In this document: piece by piece, positions 38,276 to 45,850 of the stretch | Position numbering within the stretch: the stretch's first letter is position 1 | Layout: every line of letters starts with the position of its first letter | DNA from: a virus | Reading direction: 5' to 3' (one strand) | DNA length: 63,385 nucleotides | Virus record (IMG/VR): IMGVR_UViG_3300046533_000294 | Coordinates: 1 to 63,385 of that record | The notes under the pieces: generated by a model | Database searches by the model: none | Seen by the model: only the letters and a program-made list of their open reading frames with translations | Told to the model about the DNA's origin: nothing | Made by a program: the position numbers and the translations under genes

Positions 38276-38620
38276 TTAAGGTGCCCGGCCCATCCAGTAG
38301 AGATAGCCGCCGTTCGTATAGCAGCCATTCCCTCCTAGACCGATGCGCCGGATGACGCGATATTGCTGCCATGGTGTGGCGTTGTACGCTTCTGATGGGT
38401 AGCCGGGATACTTGTACTGATCCCATGCTCCGTAGTAGAACCCGAAGGCACCTTGATACGTTCCACTGTTGTGCCTCCAGTTCAGCTGCGTCTCGCACAT
38501 CCCGACGGCCCAGTACAACTTCGGCAGCCATCGCGGACGCTGGGGGATGCTGAACGTGCTCGCTGTTGCGACTGTCGTGAGGGCGAACCCCACGATGATC
38601 ATGGCGGCGAGTCGCCTCAT
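38276..38620 (-). CDS. Secreted Rpf-like lytic transglycosylase
   Basis: Signal peptide; W.VGMCET..NW..NSGTYQGAFGF...W...ATPWQQ matches the Rpf core (CESggNW..N..YGGLQF..TW..A..EQ). Confidence 0.75.
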   Translation of the reverse strand: MRRLAAMIIVGFALTTVATASTFSIPQRPRWLPKLYWAVGMCETQLNWRHNSGTYQGAFGFYYGAWDQYKYPGYPSEAYNATPWQQYRVIRRIGLGGNGCYTNGGYLYWMGRAP

Positions 38621-38643
38621 TAACCTCCAGTGTTTGGGGGTGT

Positions 38644-41600
38644 CTACGCATCGGGGTCAATCACCCACATCTTGCTTGCCTTGACCTCGCGCGCAGCTCT
38701 GAATCCGCGCTTCACGCCCTGGACTACTACAACGTCCTTGTTCAGGCGCAGGCCCCACAGAGCCTTTCGGAAACCCGGATACTTGTAGCGGTCTACACGT
38801 ACCGACACTAGCTCCGTGCCGTCGTACCCGGCCATGATCATCCACTCGTTAAGATCAGGCCGGTCGATCGTCTCTGGGTCAACTTCGACTCCACGGGCCT
38901 TGTTGATTTCCCAGATGTCACGAAGGTTCCTTTGGACTATGACCCCTATCCACGTAACCTCCGTGTCCCGCCCGCGCTCGTACGGCACTTCCAGCGCGGT
39001 ATGGGTCGGCTCCGGTACGCCCAAGTTGGGCAGTTCGGTCTTGACCTTCTGGATCAAATTGTCCAGGGTGTAGATTCCGAATACGTCCGGTTGGCTGACC
39101 CAATCTTGTATCATGGCCGCTGTCTTCGGCCCGAATCCTGATATGCGCTCGATCTCGCCCCACTCGGTGAGGCTCATGGAGTCCCGTCCCTCGATCAGCG
39201 CAGCTGCCTTCTTCTCGCCGATGCCGGGGATCTGGAGCAGCCCACCATGGAGCGTCCGAGTATGGTTGTTGTACGTCCAGGTTAGCTCCGTCTGGTCGAA
39301 GCGTGGAGCCTCCACTAGGAAGCCGTGCCTGACCACATCTCGGAGCGCGACCGTCTCGGGGTCAATCTTGGCCTTGGAGACAGCCGAGGCTTTCGTGTTC
39401 CCGCGAGAGCCGGACGAGTTAGCCGACGATCGCGCTGATACGCCTCTCAGGAGCCACTTGTACCAGACCCCTTGGTGGTGCGCTTTGAAGTGCCCGTCCC
39501 ACCAGGCGATCGTTCCGTAGGAGATTGTGTGGGCGGCGTTGAAGGCGTAGGAGCCTGCGGTGATGCAGTCTCCCCAGATTGCTTTCGCGACCCCCTCAGA
39601 GATTTCAGGTACGTCCATACGTTCATGTGCTGTACTCGCTCCTTCCCAGAATCGTTCCCATTGTCGGTTAAACTCCTGGTCGCCGAGTTTCTTGCTGATG
39701 ATGCGACGGATGTGCGCAGCGTGTGTCCAGTCGAAGTTGCCGATTTCGCGCACGATGCGCAGGATCTGCTCCTGGTAGATTATCTGGAAGTAGGTGCCGG
39801 CCGTGATCGCCGCCAGCGCAGGATGCGAAACCGTCGGCTTGATGATGCCTCGCTTGATGTCGATGTAGCTCTGGGCCGATCCATTATGGAGAGGCCCTGG
39901 TCGAGCAAGTGCTGTAATGTCGCAAACCTCTCGGAAAGTGTCAGGGTGAAGGGCTCCGTTGATGGATCGCACTGCTCGCCCCTCGAACTGGAAGATCCCC
40001 GTGACGTCGTTCTCTTTGAATAGCGCAATGACTTCATCGTCCTCCGTCGGTATGTTGTAGAGATAGCTGACCGGCTCTCCTATGTCCCGACAGCAGCCTG
40101 CCAGACGATCGAGCGCGTTCAAGCGCAGGTAGTCTAGTTTGAGCAGACCCAGATACTCGGCGTCGTACTTATCAATACCAACGACCTTTCTGACTCGATC
40201 CTTGACGACTCGGGTGATGACGGAGCACACATCGGTAATGGGGCCGTTCGACACAACCACACCAGCAGCGTGGACTCCGAACCCTTTGGCATTGCCCTCC
40301 AATCTGGTTGCCGTCGCCAGGTTCGGAAAATCCGTGAGAACCTTCGAGGCTTGTTCGAACTGCTCAAAAGTATCCTCGATGGTCGCCGAGGCGCGAAGAT
40401 CACCGCTACTTCGTTCGATGAGGACATCTTTCACCTTCTCAACTTCGTAGATTGGGATACCATAGACGCGCGCCGTGTCGTCGAGCGCCAGTCTGGACTT
40501 GTACATCGTAAAGGTACCAACATCGCTGACACAGTCGCGACCGTAGCGGTAGATGAGGTAGTCCACAACTTCATGACGTCTCTCTGCCTCGAAGTCCACG
40601 TCGATGTCAGGTAGATCCTGCCGGGAGATGTCGATGAACCTTTCAAACACAAGATGGTCAAAGAGCATTGGATTGACCTCAGTGATGCGGAGTATCCAAC
40701 ACGCCAGTGAGGCGGCGGCAGATCCCCGAGCCGGGCCAACCGCAATTCCTTTGTCTTTCGCCCAGCGTAGAGAGTCGCTGACAATAAGAAAGTAGTCAAC
40801 AAAGTCCTTCTCCTCGATGATTCCCATCTCATAGCGCAGCCTTTCCGCGTACCGCTCGCGCTCGGGACGAGGCAGCTTGTGGCACTCGCGCTCTCGCCAT
40901 CCCTGCCTCAGCCACTCGCGCCAGGTAGCTATCGAGTCCTTGGTTGGAAACCTTACCATCGGCAGCTTCGGCAGCTCGACCTGACACCGCTGCGCTATCT
41001 GCTCCGTGTTGAGGATGGCGTCGATTGCTTGCTTGCGAGGCACACCCGTAGCTACGAGTTTGCGCAGGATCGTGTTGTCGTTAGGAGCCACGCAGAGATC
41101 GGCGTTGTAGCCCCAGCCACGGATCTGCTCCTCCAGCGTCTGCTGCTTGCCCGGCCGGACGTTGTGAAGGATCTGTTGTAGCTCCTTCTCGGTCGGCACG
41201 GTGTAGTGGCAGTCGAGCGTTACAACGAGCGGGATGTCTGTCTCGCGGGAGATGCGAGCTAGAGCTTCATTAGCCAGGCACGTTTCCTTGAGTTCAGGAA
41301 ATGCCTGAATCTCGATGTAATACGAGTCTCCGAAGGTGGATTGAAACTTACGAGCCAGGCTTCTAGCTCTCCCGTAGGAAGCATCCGCAACATCAATGCC
41401 TTTCCCTCCCATGAGGCTAGTGAAGAGAAGCGAACTTTGGCATCCACTAAGTACAATGAGTCCGCGTTTCTTAGCGGATAGCATCTGTCCAGAAACAGTT
41501 GGGTTGTGATAGAACCCTTCGGCATTGGCCTCTGAGACAAGGCGTAGGAGGTTTCGATACCCCTCCTGCGTCTCAGCCAAGACCGTGAGATGGTTCTTAC

Positions 41601-42015
41601 TTTGCTTCCTGTTTTCATCATCTATGGGCCCGCAGTAGAACTCGCACCCGAAGATGGACTGGATCCCCTCCTTACGCGCAGCTTGCTCAAACTTCGCATG
41701 ACTGAAAACATTTCCGTGCTCTGTGAGGGCGAGAGAGCCCATACCAAGCTCATTCGCCCTGCGCACGTGCGCCTCGGGCAGCGCATATCCGTCAAGGAAG
41801 GAATAAGTAGAGTGGTGATGAAGGCTTCGGAACCGCATGTCTCGCACGCGAACAGGCACGCGAGCTGTCCTTTTCTCCTTCCGAACCAATGCTGGTTGTT
41901 CGCCATTGGAACATTCCTCCTTGTGTCGATCGCGTCCGCTGAACGCGCTGATCCCCGAGTCGCTGAGCGACTTCTTGAAATCTCTCCTGATGACCCCTGT
42001 CTTACGCTTCGCCAT
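38644..42015 (-). CDS. dnaE: DNA polymerase III alpha subunit
   Basis: PHP HHHSTYSFLDG, GPARGSAAASL, FERFI, PDIDVD, HAAGVV, KLDYL, YQEQ, YAFNAAH. Confidence 0.95.
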   Translation of the reverse strand: MAKRKTGVIRRDFKKSLSDSGISAFSGRDRHKEECSNGEQPALVRKEKRTARVPVRVRDMRFRSLHHHSTYSFLDGYALPEAHVRRANELGMGSLALTEHGNVFSHAKFEQAARKEGIQSIFGCEFYCGPIDDENRKQSKNHLTVLAETQEGYRNLLRLVSEANAEGFYHNPTVSGQMLSAKKRGLIVLSGCQSSLLFTSLMGGKGIDVADASYGRARSLARKFQSTFGDSYYIEIQAFPELKETCLANEALARISRETDIPLVVTLDCHYTVPTEKELQQILHNVRPGKQQTLEEQIRGWGYNADLCVAPNDNTILRKLVATGVPRKQAIDAILNTEQIAQRCQVELPKLPMVRFPTKDSIATWREWLRQGWRERECHKLPRPERERYAERLRYEMGIIEEKDFVDYFLIVSDSLRWAKDKGIAVGPARGSAAASLACWILRITEVNPMLFDHLVFERFIDISRQDLPDIDVDFEAERRHEVVDYLIYRYGRDCVSDVGTFTMYKSRLALDDTARVYGIPIYEVEKVKDVLIERSSGDLRASATIEDTFEQFEQASKVLTDFPNLATATRLEGNAKGFGVHAAGVVVSNGPITDVCSVITRVVKDRVRKVVGIDKYDAEYLGLLKLDYLRLNALDRLAGCCRDIGEPVSYLYNIPTEDDEVIALFKENDVTGIFQFEGRAVRSINGALHPDTFREVCDITALARPGPLHNGSAQSYIDIKRGIIKPTVSHPALAAITAGTYFQIIYQEQILRIVREIGNFDWTHAAHIRRIISKKLGDQEFNRQWERFWEGASTAHERMDVPEISEGVAKAIWGDCITAGSYAFNAAHTISYGTIAWWDGHFKAHHQGVWYKWLLRGVSARSSANSSGSRGNTKASAVSKAKIDPETVALRDVVRHGFLVEAPRFDQTELTWTYNNHTRTLHGGLLQIPGIGEKKAAALIEGRDSMSLTEWGEIERISGFGPKTAAMIQDWVSQPDVFGIYTLDNLIQKVKTELPNLGVPEPTHTALEVPYERGRDTEVTWIGVIVQRNLRDIWEINKARGVEVDPETIDRPDLNEWMIMAGYDGTELVSVRVDRYKYPGFRKALWGLRLNKDVVVVQGVKRGFRAAREVKASKMWVIDPDA

Positions 42016-42295
42016 CCTCGAATCCTCCCCAATGGTCTACGATGCCGTCGGTGTTCTGACGCCCATCGATTGCGACCATGTAACGGATCTGGCCCGATCG
42101 GTACCACTTCGTCTTGCCCGTGAATTCGTCCTCATCCTTGGTAACGAGATCCTCTGGCTGATAGATAAAAATGGCTACGGTTGTCCGGCCCTCGTGCTCT
42201 ATCGGGATGAACCGCTCAGCCAGGATCTTTACCGGCCGATTGAACGTAATCATCCCGTGGAGTAGGACGGACTGCCTGTATCCTTTCTTGTTCAT
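42002..42295 (-). CDS. Hypothetical protein
   Basis: ATGA coupling with the upstream methyltransferase. Confidence 0.55.
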   Translation of the reverse strand: MNKKGYRQSVLLHGMITFNRPVKILAERFIPIEHEGRTTVAIFIYQPEDLVTKDEDEFTGKTKWYRSGQIRYMVAIDGRQNTDGIVDHWGGFEDGEA

Positions 42296-42837
42296 AGTCG
42301 CGTCAACTGACTCACGACGACGAGGTTGCGATCGCTCAGACCCATGATCATGCTGAAGTTCTCTTCCAATCTGAGATGCCTCGGCATCGAGCCATCGTAG
42401 TAGGAGTTGTCCAGTAGGTTCTTCCACGTCTCGACTGTCCAGAACGTTTTGTGGTCGAGATCCTGATAGGCGAGCTGCGACCCATACCAGGGCACGACTA
42501 CGTTGAGCACTCCCTGCGGGCGAAGGACGCGCTCGATCTCATCGAGCATGAACATCAGCGTCTCTCTATCCAGATGCTCCAAGAAATGTAGAGCGAACAC
42601 CGTGTCTACGGATCCAGTGTCGTAGTCGGACAACATCGGAGCGCGCCACCCATTCTCCCAGCTTAGGTTGTCGGCACCGTTCAAGTTCTTGTACCCAGAG
42701 CCGAGGTTGAGAACCTTGTACTTGCCGAGCAGCGTCGGCTCGTAGCCAGGTGCTCTGCGATCCATGCCGACAGAGAACAGCTCTAGCAGGTCGCGCGGGA
42801 TCGGGTGCCATTTAGTCTCTATCGCACCCATGGCCAT
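42292..42837 (-). CDS. Class I SAM-dependent methyltransferase-fold protein (type 11-like)
   Basis: VLNLGSG, SVDTVFALHFLEHL, ERVLRPQG, DLDH. Confidence 0.85.
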   Translation of the reverse strand: MAMGAIETKWHPIPRDLLELFSVGMDRRAPGYEPTLLGKYKVLNLGSGYKNLNGADNLSWENGWRAPMLSDYDTGSVDTVFALHFLEHLDRETLMFMLDEIERVLRPQGVLNVVVPWYGSQLAYQDLDHKTFWTVETWKNLLDNSYYDGSMPRHLRLEENFSMIMGLSDRNLVVVSQLTRL

Positions 42838-43097
42838 TCTCCGTTTAGGTTCTGATTGCGTAGCTGAATGAGACAGAAAGCTGAATAGTTGATGACGTCC
42901 ACTAGCTCGGCTTCCGCTTCTGCGAGATCCGGGCTGCGCTCCATGAGGAGAGCGAACGCCCGCTCAGCTTTGGCGAATACGTGACTGACCATTCCGCGTG
43001 CTCCCGACCGGCGCCAGACATCCTTGCGCTTTTTCTGTCGCTCGTTCATGATCTGTCGGCAAGCATTCATGACGTCGTTCCACTCGTTGTCGGTCAT
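42819..43097 (-). CDS. All-alpha NTP-pyrophosphatase-like (Nmad1/DUF1599, MazG-like) protein
   Basis: ERQKKR.D.W...KAER...ELVDVINYSAF. Confidence 0.6.
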   Translation of the reverse strand: MTDNEWNDVMNACRQIMNERQKKRKDVWRRSGARGMVSHVFAKAERAFALLMERSPDLAEAEAELVDVINYSAFCLIQLRNQNLNGEWPWVR

Positions 43098-43885
43098 CGC
43101 ATACCTCCGGCCAGCTCGATCTGCGAGCCGACGGCGTGGGCCCAGTTCTCATTCTCGTCCGTGACCAGGCTCTCGACCACCGCTGCGATCTCGTGCCTGG
43201 ATAGAAAGCCCATCGGTGGCTCTGCGCTCGCCCAGTAGGCGTAGGCGTCTTCCATGCCGATGTCCCGGTAGCGCGCGATTCCCTCGACAGTGACCTTGGT
43301 CATCGGAGAATCGAGGACGTTGCCTGGGTGGACGATGAAGACGCGGTAACCCTTCGGCCCTAGCTCCCAAGCCATACAACGGGCGAAGTGCGCCAGCCCT
43401 GCCTTGGCGGCGCAGTATGGGGCAGAGGCGTTCAGTACCTTTGTGTATGCCATCGAGCCGATGTAGGCGATGTGCTTCACCCACGGCGTATGGAGCGTAG
43501 TCCGAACAAACTGCTGCGTCGCCACCATTGGGCAGAGGAGCGTATCGTGGAGGACTTCTACTTGATCGTCGAGCATGTAGTTCTCGAACCAGTCCAGGTG
43601 AGTAGTCGCGGCGCAGACAATCAACGTGTCGATCACTCCGGGATCGCCCTGCCCCGCTTCGGTGAGGAAGTCGATACACTGATCCGGAAACCAGCAGTTG
43701 TGGGCTTTCTTGTTGGTGCCAGCAACGCTGAGCCATTCCTCGCGAGCGAACAGACGCTCTGCGATCGCCTCGCCGATATTGCCAGGCGAGATTCCGATGA
43801 TCGCGCCGTGGCGGATCTCGGGATATGATACATCGTGCGCATTCAATTGTGCTTCTACATACTTGTCATGCAGCTGATGCTTCAT
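43094..43885 (-). CDS. Short-chain dehydrogenase/reductase
   Basis: GISPGNIG, YIGS, YCAAK catalytic motif, VHPGNV. Confidence 0.85.
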   Translation of the reverse strand: MKHQLHDKYVEAQLNAHDVSYPEIRHGAIIGISPGNIGEAIAERLFAREEWLSVAGTNKKAHNCWFPDQCIDFLTEAGQGDPGVIDTLIVCAATTHLDWFENYMLDDQVEVLHDTLLCPMVATQQFVRTTLHTPWVKHIAYIGSMAYTKVLNASAPYCAAKAGLAHFARCMAWELGPKGYRVFIVHPGNVLDSPMTKVTVEGIARYRDIGMEDAYAYWASAEPPMGFLSRHEIAAVVESLVTDENENWAHAVGSQIELAGGMR

Positions 43886-44528
43886 GGTGCTCCTTCCACG
43901 TCGCGAATCTATCCTTGAGATGCCTCATCGCCCCTCCTGAGTCTCCTCGATTGGGTCGTGACCTGGCCCGGTTCCAGACGGATCGGAACAGGAACGGAAC
44001 GCTCGGGCCGAACAATTCCTCGGCTCGGTCGTACATCTCGACAAGATCGTCGAAGATGGCGATGACTCGATCGGGTTCGATTCGCTCTGCGAGGTCATCA
44101 TATTTGTCCTCGGAGTAGATGAGCCCCTCATACGGTACTCGGTTCCGTCTGAGCCACTCACGCGTGTCTGGATCTATCCCGTCGAGTCGTTGGTACGGGC
44201 GCGTAGTTGTCACCCAGACTTCGCACCCTAGCCGCTCGGATGTCTGCGCTACTCTTACCATGTCTTTGAATGGAGACATAGATCGCTTCTGCGCTCCCTG
44301 GCGGTAGGCCAGCTTAATGTCCTGCCATGTTCGATAGTCGCACTCGAAGACGCGGCAGAACCATGAGTTGAACGTCTCGTGTCCGGCGTAGCGCCAGTCC
44401 TCGATGCCCATCGTGCCCAGATATTCGGCAGCGAAGTAGAGCAGGTGACTATGATAGTCCCCCATCGTCCCATCGATGTCGAACGCGACAACTGGCTTGA
44501 TCACTTCAGAGCATTGAGTGCACAGCAT
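43866..44528 (-). CDS. HAD-family phosphatase (5'-nucleotidase-like)
   Basis: VAFDIDGT, VTTTRP, K, IFDD motifs I-IV. Confidence 0.85.
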   Translation of the reverse strand: MLCTQCSEVIKPVVAFDIDGTMGDYHSHLLYFAAEYLGTMGIEDWRYAGHETFNSWFCRVFECDYRTWQDIKLAYRQGAQKRSMSPFKDMVRVAQTSERLGCEVWVTTTRPYQRLDGIDPDTREWLRRNRVPYEGLIYSEDKYDDLAERIEPDRVIAIFDDLVEMYDRAEELFGPSVPFLFRSVWNRARSRPNRGDSGGAMRHLKDRFATWKEHHEASAA

Positions 44529-45264
44529 CGAACGTCTCCTGGAAAACATGGTGGGTGAGAACTCCCTTACGCCACGCACCGAACCTGCCAGCCCAGAGAA
44601 CGGTGGGCCAGCAGTCGCAGTCGTTCCCTGTTGGCTTACGTCCCGGACGAAGCCCGTTAAATGGAGGCTCAGTCGCGTACTCGTAGCTGAGCATGTCGTC
44701 GATTCGACTGTAGCGATACCAAGGATGTTTCGGATCGCCGGAGTAGACCATGGTGGTGGCTTCGCTGTCGTTGCCCGGCTGGTACATCCTGACCCAGATG
44801 TTCTGCCGGTTGAACGAGTGCAGATCAGTCTGGAGGCAGAACGCGGGCTTGGGAGCGGTGCAAACGGTCAAGTCGAACGCGCGAGACAGGTCGAGCAAAC
44901 CTTGCCTGTCAATGGATTCCTTGACAATCCGATCGTGGTAGATCTCCCAAGCCCGGTCGTACGCCTTGCGCAGCGACCACATTCCGAAAGTGCCCTCCTC
45001 GAAATGATCCCAGCTCACGGGATGATCATCGCTACCGTACACCTTGCGAGCGTAGCCCTCTTTGGTACCGAACTTCTTGATCAGGATCGTGCTCTCGGGT
45101 CGCTCTCGCGTCAGCCCGGGGATGTTGGTATGGAGATACATCGCGCCGGTCAACATTGACTTGCGCTTCTTATCCGTGAAGATCCTGACCTCCGCCCGCA
45201 GCTGGCTAGCAGCGTGCGCTGCAAGTAACCCGGACGGCCCACACCCTACGATGGCGACCTTCAT
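44506..45264 (-). CDS. FAD-dependent oxidoreductase-like protein
   Basis: KVAIVGCGPSGLLAA Rossmann motif, GAMYLH, AGRFGAW (reminiscent of the UDP-galactopyranose-mutase-like fold). Confidence 0.8.
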   Translation of the reverse strand: MKVAIVGCGPSGLLAAHAASQLRAEVRIFTDKKRKSMLTGAMYLHTNIPGLTRERPESTILIKKFGTKEGYARKVYGSDDHPVSWDHFEEGTFGMWSLRKAYDRAWEIYHDRIVKESIDRQGLLDLSRAFDLTVCTAPKPAFCLQTDLHSFNRQNIWVRMYQPGNDSEATTMVYSGDPKHPWYRYSRIDDMLSYEYATEPPFNGLRPGRKPTGNDCDCWPTVLWAGRFGAWRKGVLTHHVFQETFDAVHSML

Positions 45265-45581
45265 TCGCTCTCCCCCTCGCCAGGATGCAACAGCTTCTGC
45301 TGCTCCTCCGGGGGCGACTCGAACTGCTCAGGGCGCTGGCTCGCGTCTAGCTCCTCGATCTCCATGTTCTCACCGGAGATGCGCAGGCTCGTGCCGTCCG
45401 TGAATCGGATCAGGATGGCGCGACGCTGCCAGCCTACGTTGTCGAATACCTGGCAGGACTGGATTGCCTTGCCTGGCCCGACGAACTTGAACGACGCCTC
45501 AATCTGTTCGAAGATCTGGTTGGCCATTGCTTCCTCTTGATCCGTCTCGTGAATAATCCTGCCAGTTCCTTTCTTTGTCAT
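45261..45581 (-). CDS. Hypothetical protein
   Basis: Coupled ORF in the operon. Confidence 0.6.
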   Translation of the reverse strand: MTKKGTGRIIHETDQEEAMANQIFEQIEASFKFVGPGKAIQSCQVFDNVGWQRRAILIRFTDGTSLRISGENMEIEELDASQRPEQFESPPEEQQKLLHPGEGESE

Positions 45582-45850
45582 ACCAGCTCCCTTGCTTGAT
45601 GTCTCCCCGCGATAAGTCCGACCAGGAAGAAGTGCATGAACAGCGTGTTGATTGCGGGCTCGATCTTCGGATCCATCGTCTTCCAGGCTGGGTACTCCCG
45701 CTTGACGTGACCCACCCGACGCTGGAGCAGATTGTCGAACGCCTCGCGCTCGACTTCCAGAGTCGCGAGCTGTCGCCCGTAGTCCGGCGCACCGGCGTAC
45801 GCCACCTGGAGCACCGTCTCTGCTCGCGCTAGGGATTCCGCGTTGATCAT
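45578..45850 (-). CDS. Hypothetical protein
   Basis: ATGA overlap with the primase-helicase stop. Confidence 0.6.
   Translation of the reverse strand: MINAESLARAETVLQVAYAGAPDYGRQLATLEVEREAFDNLLQRRVGHVKREYPAWKTMDPKIEPAINTLFMHFFLVGLIAGRHQARELV

Noticed and set aside
38644-42015. Intein or intron in DnaE; stop-codon reassignment in the genome
   Set aside because: DnaE motifs are contiguous at normal length; conserved genes are intact under the standard code and end in all three stop codons.
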